From NCBI GenBank assembly GCA_964016885.1, contig OZ024743.1, forward strand, positions 98,828,001 through 98,892,000: a DNA stretch of 64,000 bases. Direction: 5' to 3'. The notes under the pieces are model-generated. The model saw only the letters and a program-made list of their open reading frames with translations, had not been told where the DNA came from and did not search any database. Made by a program: the position numbers and the translations under genes. The stretch comes from Eledone cirrhosa. Taxonomy: Eukaryota. Positions 1 through 15,600 of the stretch are shown piece by piece; the stretch's first letter is position 1; each line of letters starts with the position of its first letter.

Positions 1-659
1 CTGTTTACAGCATACATCAACTATCTTCTGCTTTACAATCTCTCCTCTTTACAGCATACATCAACTACCTACTGCTCTACAATCTCTCCTGTTTACAGCA
101 TACATCAACTATCTTCTGCTCTACAATCTCTCCTGTTTACAGCATACATCAACTACCTTCTGCTCTACAATCTCTCCTCTTTACAGCATACATCATCTAC
201 CTTCTGCTCTACAATCTCTCCTTTTTACAGCATACATCAACTACCTTCTGCTCTACAATCTCTCCTCTTTACAGCATACATCAACTACCTACTGCTCTAC
301 AATCTCTCCTGTTTACAGCATACATCAACAATCTTCTGCTCTACAATCTCTCCTGTTTACAGCATACATCAACTACCTACTGCTCTACAATCTCTCCTGT
401 TTACAGCATACATCAACTATCTTCTGCTCTACAATCTCTCCTGTTTACAGCATACATCAACTACCTTCTGCTCTACAATCTCTCCTGTTTACAGCATACA
501 TCAACTACCTTCTGCTCTACAATCTCTCCTCTTTACAGCATACATCAACTACCTTCTGCTCTACAATCTCTCCTGTTTACAGCATACATCAACTACCTTC
601 TGTTCTACAATCTCTCCTGTTTACAGCATACATCAACTACCTTCTGCTCTACAATCTCT

Positions 660-3600
660 CCTCTTTACAGCATACATCAACTACCTTCTGCTCTACAATC
701 TCTCCTGTTTACAGCATACATCAACTATCTTCTGCTCTACAATCTCTCCTGTTTACAGCATACATCAACTAACTTCTGCTCTACAATCTCTCCTGTTTAC
801 AGCATACATCAACTACCTTCTGCTCTACAATCCCCCCTCTTTACAGCATACATCAACTACCTTCTGCTCTACAATCTCTCCTGTTTACAGCATACATCAA
901 CTACCTTCTGCTCTACAATCTCTCCTCTTTACAGCATACATCAACTATCTTCTGCTCTACAATCTCCCCTGTTTACAGCATACATCAACTAGCTTCTGCT
1001 CTACAATCTCTCCTGTTTACAACATACATCAACTACCTTCTGCTCTACAACCTCTCCTGTTTACAGCATACATCAACTACCTTCTGTTCTACAATCTCTC
1101 CTCTTTACAGCATACATCAACTACCTGCTGCTCTACAATCCCCCCTCTTTACAGCATACATCAACTACCTTCTGCTCTACAATCTCTCCTGTTTACAGCA
1201 TACATCAACTACTTTCTGCTTTACAACCTCTCCTCTTTACAGCATACATCAACTAACTTCTGCTCTACAATCTCTCCTCTTTACAGAATACATCAACTAC
1301 CTACTGCTCTACAATATCTCCTGTTTACAGCATACATCAACTATCTTCTGCTCTCCAATCTCTCCTCTTTACAGCATACATCAACTACCTACTGCTCTAC
1401 AATCTCTCCTCTTTACAGCATACATCAACTACCTTCTGCTCTACAATCTCTCCTGTTTACAGCATACATCAACTACCTTCTGCTCTACAATCTCTCTTCT
1501 TTACAGCATACATCAACTACCTACTGCTCTACAATCTCTCCTCTTTACAGCATACATCAACTACCTTCTGCTCTACAATCTCTCCTGTTTACAGCATACA
1601 TCAACTACCTTCTGCTCTACAATCTCTCCTCTTTACAGCATACATCAACTACCTACTGCTCTACAATCTCTCCTCTTTACAGCATACATCAACTACCTTC
1701 TGCTCTACAATCTCTCCTCTTTACAGCATACATCAACTACCTTCTGCTCTACAATCTCTCCTCTTTACAGCATACATCAACTACCTTCTGCTCTACAATC
1801 TCTCCTCTTTACAGCATACATCAACTACCTACTGCTCTACAATCTCTCCTCTTTACAGCATACATCAACTACCTTCTGCTCTACAATCTCTCCTCTTTAC
1901 AGCATACATCAACTACCTACTGCTCTACAATCTCTCCTCTTTACAGCATACATCAACTACCTTCTGCTCTACAATCTCTCCTCTTTACAGCATACATCAA
2001 CTACCTTCTGCTCTACAATCTCTCCTCTTTACAGCATACATCAACTACCTTCTGCTCTACAATCTCTCCTCTTTACAGCATACATCAACTACCTACTGCT
2101 CTACAATCTCTCCTCTTTACAGCATACATCAACTACCTTCTGCTCTACAATCTCTCCTGTTTACAGCATACATCAACTACCTTCTGCTCTACAATCTCTC
2201 CTCTTTACAGCATACATCAACTACCTACTGCTCTACAATCTCTCCTCTTTACAGCATACATCAACTACCTTCTGCTCTACAATCTCTCCTCTTTACAGCA
2301 TACATCAACTACCTTCTGCTCTACAATCTCTCCTCTTTACAGCATACATCAACTACCTTCTGCTCTACAATCTCTCCTGTTTACAGCATACATCAACTAC
2401 CTTCTGCTCTACAATCTCTCCTGTTTACAGCATACATCAACTACCTACTGCTCTACAATCTCCCCTCTTTACAGCATACATCAACTACCTACTGCTCTAC
2501 AATCTCTCCTCTTTACAGCATACATCAACTACCTTCTGCTCTACAATCTCTCCTGTTTACAGCATACATCAACTACCTTCTGCTCTACAATCTCTCCTCT
2601 TTACAGCATACATCAACTACCTACTGGTCTAAAATCTCTCCTGTTTACAGCTTACATCAACTACCTTCTGCTCTACAATCTCTCCTCTTTACAGCATACA
2701 TCAACTACCTACTGCTCTACAATCTCTCCTGTTTACAGCATACATCAACTACCTGCTTCTCTACAATCTCTCCTGTTTACAGCATACATCAACTACCTGC
2801 TGCTCTACAATCTCTTCTGTTTACAGCATACATCAACTACCTTCTGCTCTACAATCTCTCCTGTTTACAGCATACATCAACTATCTTCTGCTCTGCAATC
2901 TCTCCTGTTTACAGCATACATCAACTACCTGCTGCTCTACAATCTCTCCTGTTTACAGCATACATCAACTATCTTCTGCTCTACAATCTCCCCTCTTTAC
3001 AGCATACATCAACTACCTACTGCTCTACAATCTCTCCTCTTTACAGCATACATCAACTACCTTCTGCTCTACAATCTCTCCTGTTTACAGCATACATCAA
3101 CTACCTTCTGCTCTACAATCTCTCCTCTTTACAGCATACATCAACTACCTACTGGTCTACAATCTCTCCTGTTTACAGCTTACATCAACTATCTTCTGCT
3201 CTACAATCTCTCCTCTTTACAGCATACATCAACTACCTACTGCTCTACAATCTCTCCTGTTTACAGCATACATCAACTACCTGCTTCTCTACAATCTCTC
3301 CTGTTTACAGCATACATCAACTACCTTCTGTTCTACAATCTCTCCTGTTTACAGCATACATCAACTACCTTCTGTTCTACAATCTCTTCTGTTTACAGCA
3401 TACATCAACTACCTTCTGCTCTACAATCTCTCCTGTTTACAGCATACATCAACTATCTTCTGCTCTGCAATCTCTCCTGTTTACAGCATACATCAACTAC
3501 CTGCTGCTCTACAATCTCTCCTGTTTACAGCATACATCAACTACCTTCTGCTCTACAATCCCCCCTCTTTACAGCATACATCAAATACCTTCTGCTCTAC

Positions 3601-6600
3601 AATCTCTCCTCTTTACAGCATACATCAACTACCTTCTGCTCTACAATCTCTCCTCTTTACAGCATACATCAACTATCTTCTGCTCTACAATCTCCTCTGT
3701 TTACAGCATACATCAACTACCTTCTGCTCTACAATCTCTCCTGTTTACAACATACATCAGCTACCTTCTGCTCTACAACCTCTCCTGTTTACAGCATAGA
3801 TCAACTACCTTCTGTTCTACAATCTCTCCTCTTTACAGCATACATCAACTACCTGCTGCTCTACAATCCCCCCTCTTTACAGCATACATTAACTACCTTC
3901 TGCTCTACAATCTCTCCTGTTTACAGCATACATCAACTAACTTCTGCTCTACAATCTCTCCTGTTTACAGCATACATCAACTACCTTCTGCTCTACGATC
4001 TCTCCTCTTTACAGCATACATCAACTACCTTCTGCTTTACAACCTCTCCTCTTTACAGCATACATCAACTAACTTCTGCTCTACAATCTCTCCTCTTTAC
4101 AGAATACATCAACTACCTACTGCTCTACAATCTCTCCTGTTTACAGCATACATCAACTATCTTCTGCTCTACAATCTCTCCTCTTTACAGCATACATCAA
4201 CTACCTACTGCTCTACAATCTCTCCTCTTTACAGCATACATCAACTACCTTCTGCTCTACAATCTCTCCTGTTTACAGCATACATCAACTACCTTCTGCT
4301 CTACAATCTCTCCTCTTTACAGCATACATCAACTACCTACTGCTCTACAATCTCTCCTCTTTACAGCATACATCAACTACCTTCTGCTCTACAATCTCTC
4401 CTCTTTACAGCATACATCAACTACCTACTGCTCTACAATCTCTCCTCTTTACAGCATACATCAACTACCTCCTGCTCTACAATCTCTCCTCTTTACAGCA
4501 TACATCAACTACCTCCTGCTCTACAATCTCTCCTCTTTACAGCATACATCAACTACCTACTGCTCTACAATCTCTCCTCTTTACAGCATACATCAACTAC
4601 CTCCTGCTCTACAATCTCTCCTCTTTACAGCATACATCAACTACCTTCTGCTCTACAATCTCTCCTCTTTACAGCATACATCAACTACCTACTGCTCTAC
4701 AATCTCTCCTCTTTACAGCATACATCAACTACCTCCTGCTCTACAATCTCTCCTCTTTACAGCATACATCAACTACCTACTGCTCTACAATCTCTCCTCT
4801 TTACAGCATACATCAACTACCTACTGCTCTACAATCTCTCCTCTTTACAGCATACATCAACTACCTTCTGCTCTACAATCTCTCCTCTTTACAGCATACA
4901 TCAACTACCTTCTGCTCTACAATCTCTCCTCTTTACAGCATACATCAACTACCTCCTGCTCTACAATCTCTCCTGTTTACAGCATACATCAACTACCTTC
5001 TGCTCTCCAATCTCTCCTCTTTACAGCATACATCAACTACCTACTGCTCTACAATCTCTCCTCTTTACAGCATACATCAACTACCTTCTGCTCTACAATC
5101 TCTCCTCTTTACAGCATACATCAACTACCTTCTGCTCTACAATCTCTCCTCTTTACAGCATACATCAACTACCTCCTGCTCTACAATCTCTCCTCTTTAC
5201 AGCATACATCAACTACCTTCTGCTCTACAATCTCTCCTCTTTACAGCATACATCAACTACCTACTGCTCTACAATCTCTCCTCTTTACAGCATACATCAA
5301 CTACCTTCTGCTCTACAATCTCTCCTGTTTACAGCATACATCAACTACCTTCTGCTCTACAATCTCTCCTGTTTACAGCATACATCAACTACCTACTGCT
5401 CTACAATCTCCCCTCTTTACAGCATACATCAACTACCTTCTGCTCTACAATCTCTCCTCTTTACAGCATACATCAACTACCTTCTGCTCTACAATCTCTC
5501 CTCTTTACAGCATACATCAACTACCTTCTGCTCTACAATCTCTCCTCTTTACAGCATACATCAACTACCTACTGCTCTACAATCTCTCCTCTTTACAGCA
5601 TACATCAACTACCTTCTGCTCTACAATCTCTCCTGTTTACAGCATACATCAACTACCTTCTGCTCTACAATCTCTCCTGTTTACAGCATACATCAACTAC
5701 CTACTGCTCTACAATCTCCCCTCTTTACAGCATACATCAACTACCTACTGCTCTACAATCTCTCCTCTTTACAGCATACATCAACTACCTTCTGCTCTAC
5801 AATCTCTCCTGTTTACAGCATACATAAACTACCTTCTGCTCTACAATCTCTCCTCTTTACAGCATACATCAACTACCTACAGGTCTACAATCTCTCCTGT
5901 TTACAGCTTACATCAACTATCTTCTGCTCTACAATCTCTCCTCTTTACAGCATACATCAACTACCTACTGCTCTACAATCTCTCCTGTTTACAGCATACA
6001 TCAACTACCTGCTTCTCTACAATCTCTCCTGTTTACAGCATACATCAACTACCTGCTGCTCTACAATCTCTTCTGTTTACAGCATACATCAACTACCTTC
6101 TGCTCTACAATCTCTCCTGTTTACAGCATACATCAACTATCTTCTGCTCTGCAATCTCTCCTGTTTACAGCATACATCAACTACCTGCTGCTCTACAATC
6201 TCTCCTGTTTACAGCATACATCAACTATCTTCTGCTCTACAATCTCCCCTCTTTACAGCATACATCAACTACCTACTGCTCTACAATCTCTCCTCTTTAC
6301 AGCATACATCAACTACCTTCTGCTCTACAATCTCTCCTGTTTACAGCATACATCAACTACCTTCTGCTCTACAATCTCTCCTCTTTACAGCATACATCAA
6401 CTACCTACTGGTCTACAATCTCTCCTGTTTACAGCTTACATCAACTATCTTCTGCTCTACAATCTCTCCTCTTTACAGCATACATCAACTACCTACTGCT
6501 CTACAATCTCTCCTGTTTACAGCATACATCAACTACCTGCTTCTCTACAATCTCTCCTGTTTACAGCATACATCAACTACCTTCTGTTCTACAATCTCTC

Positions 6601-9600
6601 CTGTTTACAGCATACATCAACTACCTTCTGTTCTACAATCTCTTCTGTTTACAGCATACATCAACTACCTTCTGCACTACAATCTCTCCTGTTTACAGCA
6701 TACATCAACTATCTTCTGCTCTGCAATCTCTCCTGTTTACAGCATACATCAACTACCTGCTGCTCTACAATCTCTCCTGTTTACAGCATACATCAACTAC
6801 CTTCTGCTCTACAATCCCCCCTCTTTACAGCATACATCAAATACCTTCTGCTCTACAATCTCTCCTCTTTACAGCATACATCAACTACCTTCTGCTCTAC
6901 AATCTCTCCTCTTTACAGCATACATCAACTATCTTCTGCTCTACAATCTCCTCTGTTTACAGCATACATCAACTACCTTCTGCTCTACAATCTCTCCTGT
7001 TCACAACATACATCAACTACCTTCTGCTCTACAACCTCTCCTGTTTACAGCATACATCAACTACATTCTGTTCTACAATCTCTCCTCTTTACAGCATACA
7101 TCAACTACCTGCTGCTCTACAATCCCCCCTCTTTACAGCATACATCAACTACCTTCTGCTCTACAATCTCTCCTGTTTACAGCATACATCAACTAACTTC
7201 TGCTCTACAATCTCTCCTGTTTACAGCATACATCAACTACCTTCTGCTCTACGATCTCTCCTCTTTACAGCATACATCAACTACCTTCTGCTTTACAACC
7301 TCTCCTCTTTACAGCATACATCAACTAACTTCTGCTCTACAATCTCTCCTCTTTACAGAATACATCAACTACCTACTGCTCTACAATCTCTCCTGTTTAC
7401 AGCATACATCAACTATCTTCTGCTCTACAATCTCTCCTCTTTACAGCATACATCAACTACCTACTGCTCTACAATCTCTCCTGTTTACAGCATACATCAA
7501 CTACCTTCTGCTCTACAATCTCTCCTCTTTACAGCATACATCAACTACCTACTGCTCTACAATCTCTCCTCTTTACAGCATACATCAACTACCTCCTGCT
7601 CTACAATCTCTCCTCTTTACAGCATACATCAACTACCTCCTGCTCTACAATCTCTCCTCTTTACAGCATACATCAACTACCTTCTGCTCTACAATCTCTC
7701 CTCTTTACAGCATACATCAACTACCTACTGCTCTACAATCTCTCCTCTTTACAGCATACATCAACTACCTTCTGCTCTACAATCTCTCCTCTTTACAGCA
7801 TACATCAACTACCTTCTGCTCTACAATCTCTCCTCTTTACAGCATACATCAACTACCTCCTGCTCTACAATCTCTCCTGTTTACAGCATACATCAACTAC
7901 CTTCTGCTCTACAATCTCTCCTCTTTACAGCATACATCAACTACCTACTGCTCTACAATCTCTCCTCTTTACAGCATACATCAACTACCTTCTGCTCTAC
8001 AATCTCTCCTGTTTACAGCATACATCAACTTCCTTCTGCTCTACAATCTCTCCTGTTTACAGCATACATCAACTACCTACTGCTCTACAATCTCTCCTGT
8101 TTACAGCATACATCAACTATCTTCTGCTCTACAATCTCCCCTCTTTACAGCATACATCAACTACCTACTGCTCTACAATCTCTCCTCTTTACAGCATACA
8201 TCAACTACCTTCTGCTCTACAATCTCTCCTGTTTACAGCATACATCAACTACCTTCTGCTCTACAATCTCTCCTCTTTACACCATACATCAACTACCTAC
8301 TGGTCTACAATCTCTCCTGTTTACAGCTTACATCAACTATCTTCTGCTCTACAATCTCTCCTCTTTACAGCATACATCAACTACCTACTGCTCTACAATC
8401 TCTCCTGTTTACAGCATACATCAACTATCATCTGCTCTACAATCTCTCCTGTTTACAGCATACATCAACTACATACTGCTCTACAATCTCTCCTGTTTAC
8501 AGCATACATCAACTATCTTCTGCTCTACAATCTCTCCTGTTTACAGCATACATCAACTACCTTCTGCTCTACAATCTCTCCTCTTTACAGCATACATCAA
8601 CTACCTTCTGCTCTACAATCTCTCCTGTTTACAGCTTACATCAACTACCTTCTGCTCTACAATCTCTCCTCTTTACAGCATACATCAACTACCTACTGCT
8701 CTACAATCTCTCCTGTTTACAGCATACATCAACTATCTTCTGCTCTACAATCTCTCCTCTTTACAGCATACATCAACTACCTACTGCTCTACAATCTCTC
8801 CTGTTTACAGCATACATCAACTATCTTCTGCTCTACAATCTCTCCTGTTTACAGCATACATCAACTACCTTCTGCTCTACAATCTCTCCTCTTTACAGCA
8901 TACATCATCTACCTTCTGCTCTACAATCTCTCCTTTTTACAGCATACATCAACTACCTTCTGCTCTACAATCTCTCCTCTTTACAGCATACATCAACTAC
9001 CTTCTGCTCTACAATCTCTCCTGTTTACAGCATACATCAACTATCTTCTGCTCTACAATCTCTCCTGTTTACAGCATACATCAACTAACTTCTGCTCTAC
9101 AATCTCTCCTGTTTACAGCATACATCAACTACCTTCTGCTTTACAACCTCTCCTCTTTACAGCATACATCAACTAACTTCTGCTCTACAATCTCTCCTCT
9201 TTACAGAATACATCAACTACCTACTGCTCTACAATCTCTCCTGTTTACAGCATACATCAACTATCTTCTGCTCTACAATCTCTCCTCTTTACAGCATACA
9301 TCAACTACCTACTGCTCTACAATCTCTCCTGTTTACAGCATACATCAACTACCTTCTGCTCTACAATCTCTCCTCTTTACAGCATACATCAACTACCTAC
9401 TGCTCTACAATCTCTCCTCTTTACAGCATACATCAACTACCTCCTGCTCTACAATCTCTCCTCTTTACAGCATACATCAACTACCTCCTGCTCTACAATC
9501 TCTCCTCTTTACAGCATACATCAACTACCTTCTGCTCTACAATCTCTCCTGTTTACAGCATACATCAACTACCTTCTGCTTTACAACCTCTCCTCTTTAC

Positions 9601-12600
9601 AGCATACATCAACTAACTTCTGCTCTACAATCTCTCCTCTTTACAGAATACATCAACTACCTACTGCTCTACAATCTCTCCTGTTTACAGCATACATCAA
9701 CTATCTTCTGCTCTACAATCTCTCCTCTTTACAGCATACATCAACTACCTACTGCTCTACAATCTCTCCTGTTTACAGCATACATCAACTACCTTCTGCT
9801 CTACAATCTCTCCTCTTTACAGCATACATCAACTACCTACTGCTCTACAATCTCTCCTCTTTACAGCATACATCAACTACCTCCTGCTCTACAATCTCTC
9901 CTCTTTACAGCATACATCAACTACCTCCTGCTCTACAATCTCTCCTCTTTACAGCATACATCAACTACCTTCTGCTCTACAATCTCTCCTCTTTACAGCA
10001 TACATCAACTACCTACTGCTCTACAATCTCTCCTCTTTACAGCATACATCAACTACCTTCTGCTCTACAATCTCTCCTCTTTACAGCATACATCAACTAC
10101 CTTCTGCTCTACAATCTCTCCTCTTTACAGCATACATCAACTACCTCCTGCTCTACAATCTCTCCTGTTTACAGCATACATCAACTACCTTCTGCTCTAC
10201 AATCTCTCCTCTTTACAGCATACATCAACTACCTACTGCTCTACAATCTCTCCTCTTTACAGCATACATCAACTACCTTCTGCTCTACAATCTCTCCTGT
10301 TTACAGCATACATCAACTTCCTTCTGCTCTACAATCTCTCCTGTTTACAGCATACATCAACTACCTACTGCTCTACAATCTCTCCTGTTTACAGCATACA
10401 TCAACTATCTTCTGCTCTACAATCTCCCCTCTTTACAGCATACATCAACTACCTACTGCTCTACAATCTCTCCTCTTTACAGCATACATCAACTACCTTC
10501 TGCTCTACAATCTCTCCTGTTTACAGCATACATCAACTACCTTCTGCTCTACAATCTCTCCTCTTTACACCATACATCAACTACCTACTGGTCTACAATC
10601 TCTCCTGTTTACAGCTTACATCAACTATCTTCTGCTCTACAATCTCTCCTCTTTACAGCATACATCAACTACCTACTGCTCTACAATCTCTCCTGTTTAC
10701 AGCATACATCAACTATCATCTGCTCTACAATCTCTCCTGTTTACAGCATACATCAACTACATACTGCTCTACAATCTCTCCTGTTTACAGCATACATCAA
10801 CTATCTTCTGCTCTACAATCTCTCCTGTTTACAGCATACATCAACTACCTTCTGCTCTACAATCTCTCCTCTTTACAGCATACATCAACTACCTTCTGCT
10901 CTACAATCTCTCCTGTTTACAGCTTACATCAACTACCTTCTGCTCTACAATCTCTCCTCTTTACAGCATACATCAACTACCTACTGCTCTACAATCTCTC
11001 CTGTTTACAGCATACATCAACTATCTTCTGCTCTACAATCTCTCCTCTTTACAGCATACATCAACTACCTACTGCTCTACAATCTCTCCTGTTTACAGCA
11101 TACATCAACTATCTTCTGCTCTACAATCTCTCCTGTTTACAGCATACATCAACTACCTTCTGCTCTACAATCTCTCCTCTTTACAGCATACATCATCTAC
11201 CTTCTGCTCTACAATCTCTCCTTTTTACAGCATACATCAACTACCTTCTGCTCTACAATCTCTCCTCTTTACAGCATACATCAACTACCTTCTGCTCTAC
11301 AATCTCTCCTGTTTACAGCATACATCAACTATCTTCTGCTCTACAATCTCTCCTGTTTACAGCATACATCAACTAACTTCTGCTCTACAATCTCTCCTGT
11401 TTACAGCATACATCAACTACCTTCTGCTCTACAATCCCCCCTCTTTACAGCATACATCAACTACCTTCTGCTCTACAATCTCTCCTGTTTACAGCATACA
11501 TCAACTACCTTCTGCTCTACAATCTCTCCTCTTTACAGCATACATCAACTATCTTCTGCTCTACAATCTCCCCTGTTTACAGCATACATCAACTAGCTTC
11601 TGCTCTACAATCTCTCCTGTTTACAACATACATCAACTACCTTCTGCTCTACAACCTCTCCTGTTTACAGCATACATCAACTACCTTCTGTTCTACAATC
11701 TCTCCTCTTTACAGCATACATCAACTACCTGCTGCTCTACAATCCCCCCTCTTTACAGCATACATCAACTACCTTCTGCTCTACAATCTCTCCTGTTTAC
11801 AGCATACATCAACTACTTTCTGCTTTACAACCTCTCCTCTTTACAGCATACATCAACTAACTTCTGCTCTACAATCTCTCCTCTTTACAGAATACATCAA
11901 CTACCTACTGCTCTACAATATCTCCTGTTTACAGCATACATCAACTATCTTCTGCTCTCCAATCTCTCCTCTTTACAGCATACATCAACTACCTACTGCT
12001 CTACAATCTCTCCTCTTTACAGCATACATCAACTACCTTCTGCTCTACAATCTCTCCTGTTTACAGCATACATCAACTACCTTCTGCTCTACAATCTCTC
12101 TTCTTTACAGCATACATCAACTACCTACTGCTCTACAATCTCTCCTCTTTACAGCATACATCAACTACCTTCTGCTCTACAATCTCTCCTGTTTACAGCA
12201 TACATCAACTACCTTCTGCTCTACAATCTCTCCTCTTTACAGCATACATCAACTACCTACTGCTCTACAATCTCTCCTCTTTACAGCATACATCAACTAC
12301 CTTCTGCTCTACAATCTCTCCTCTTTACAGCATACATCAACTACCTTCTGCTCTACAATCTCTCCTCTTTACAGCATACATCAACTACCTTCTGCTCTAC
12401 AATCTCTCCTCTTTACAGCATACATCAACTACCTACTGCTCTACAATCTCTCCTCTTTACAGCATACATCAACTACCTTCTGCTCTACAATCTCTCCTCT
12501 TTACAGCATACATCAACTACCTACTGCTCTACAATCTCTCCTCTTTACAGCATACATCAACTACCTTCTGCTCTACAATCTCTCCTCTTTACAGCATACA

Positions 12601-15600
12601 TCAACTACCTTCTGCTCTACAATCTCTCCTCTTTACAGCATACATCAACTACCTTCTGCTCTACAATCTCTCCTCTTTACAGCATACATCAACTACCTAC
12701 TGCTCTACAATCTCTCCTCTTTACAGCATACATCAACTACCTTCTGCTCTACAATCTCTCCTGTTTACAGCATACATCAACTACCTTCTGCTCTACAATC
12801 TCTCCTCTTTACAGCATACATCAACTACCTACTGCTCTACAATCTCTCCTCTTTACAGCATACATCAACTACCTTCTGCTCTACAATCTCTCCTCTTTAC
12901 AGCATACATCAACTACCTTCTGCTCTACAATCTCTCCTCTTTACAGCATACATCAACTACCTTCTGCTCTACAATCTCTCCTGTTTACAGCATACATCAA
13001 CTACCTTCTGCTCTACAATCTCTCCTGTTTACAGCATACATCAACTACCTACTGCTCTACAATCTCCCCTCTTTACAGCATACATCAACTACCTACTGCT
13101 CTACAATCTCTCCTCTTTACAGCATACATCAACTACCTTCTGCTCTACAATCTCTCCTGTTTACAGCATACATCAACTACCTTCTGCTCTACAATCTCTC
13201 CTCTTTACAGCATACATCAACTACCTACTGGTCTAAAATCTCTCCTGTTTACAGCTTACATCAACTACCTTCTGCTCTACAATCTCTCCTCTTTACAGCA
13301 TACATCAACTACCTACTGCTCTACAATCTCTCCTGTTTACAGCATACATCAACTACCTGCTTCTCTACAATCTCTCCTGTTTACAGCATACATCAACTAC
13401 CTGCTGCTCTACAATCTCTTCTGTTTACAGCATACATCAACTACCTTCTGCTCTACAATCTCTCCTGTTTACAGCATACATCAACTATCTTCTGCTCTGC
13501 AATCTCTCCTGTTTACAGCATACATCAACTACCTGCTGCTCTACAATCTCTCCTGTTTACAGCATACATCAACTATCTTCTGCTCTACAATCTCCCCTCT
13601 TTACAGCATACATCAACTACCTACTGCTCTACAATCTCTCCTCTTTACAGCATACATCAACTACCTTCTGCTCTACAATCTCTCCTGTTTACAGCATACA
13701 TCAACTACCTTCTGCTCTACAATCTCTCCTCTTTACAGCATACATCAACTACCTACTGGTCTACAATCTCTCCTGTTTACAGCTTACATCAACTATCTTC
13801 TGCTCTACAATCTCTCCTCTTTACAGCATACATCAACTACCTACTGCTCTACAATCTCTCCTGTTTACAGCATACATCAACTACCTGCTTCTCTACAATC
13901 TCTCCTGTTTACAGCATACATCAACTACCTTCTGTTCTACAATCTCTCCTGTTTACAGCATACATCAACTACCTTCTGTTCTACAATCTCTTCTGTTTAC
14001 AGCATACATCAACTACCTTCTGCTCTACAATCTCTCCTGTTTACAGCATACATCAACTATCTTCTGCTCTGCAATCTCTCCTGTTTACAGCATACATCAA
14101 CTACCTGCTGCTCTACAATCTCTCCTGTTTACAGCATACATCAACTACCTTCTGCTCTACAATCCCCCCTCTTTACAGCATACATCAAATACCTTCTGCT
14201 CTACAATCTCTCCTCTTTACAGCATACATCAACTACCTTCTGCTCTACAATCTCTCCTCTTTACAGCATACATCAACTATCTTCTGCTCTACAATCTCCT
14301 CTGTTTACAGCATACATCAACTACCTTCTGCTCTACAATCTCTCCTGTTTACAACATACATCAGCTACCTTCTGCTCTACAACCTCTCCTGTTTACAGCA
14401 TAGATCAACTACCTTCTGTTCTACAATCTCTCCTCTTTACAGCATACATCAACTACCTGCTGCTCTACAATCCCCCCTCTTTACAGCATACATTAACTAC
14501 CTTCTGCTCTACAATCTCTCCTGTTTACAGCATACATCAACTAACTTCTGCTCTACAATCTCTCCTGTTTACAGCATACATCAACTACCTTCTGCTTTAC
14601 AACCTCTCCTCTTTACAGCATACATCAACTAACTTCTGCTCTACAATCTCTCCTCTTTACAGAATACATCAACTACCTACTGCTCTACAATCTCTCCTGT
14701 TTACAGCATACATCAACTATCTTCTGCTCTACAATCTCTCCTCTTTACAGCATACATCAACTACCTACTGCTCTACAATCTCGCCTCTTTACAGCATACA
14801 TCAACTACCTTCTGCTCTACAATCTCTCCTGTTTACAGCATACATCAACTACCTTCTGCTCTACAATCTCTCCTCTTTACAGCATACATCAACTACCTAC
14901 TGCTCTACAATCTCTCCTCTTTACAGCATACATCAACTACCTTCTGCTCTACAATCTCTCCTCTTTACAGCATACATCAACTACCTACTGCTCTACAATC
15001 TCTCCTCTTTACAGCATACATCAACTACCTCCTGCTCTACAATCTCTCCTCTTTACAGCATACATCAACTACCTCCTGCTCTACAATCTCTCCTCTTTAC
15101 AGCATACATCAACTACCTACTGCTCTACAATCTCTCCTCTTTACAGCATACATCAACTACCTCCTGCTCTACAATCTCTCCTCTTTACAGCATACATCAA
15201 CTACCTTCTGCTCTACAATCTCTCCTCTTTACAGCATACATCAACTACCTACTGCTCTACAATCTCTCCTCTTTACAGCATACATCAACTACCTCCTGCT
15301 CTACAATCTCTCCTCTTTACAGCATACATCAACTACCTACTGCTCTACAATCTCTCCTCTTTACAGCATACATCAACTACCTACTGCTCTACAATCTCTC
15401 CTCTTTACAGCATACATCAACTACCTTCTGCTCTACAATCTCTCCTCTTTACAGCATACATCAACTACCTTCTGCTCTACAATCTCTCCTCTTTACAGCA
15501 TACATCAACTACCTCCTGCTCTACAATCTCTCCTGTTTACAGCATACATCAACTACCTTCTGCTCTCCAATCTCTCCTCTTTACAGCATACATCAACTAC

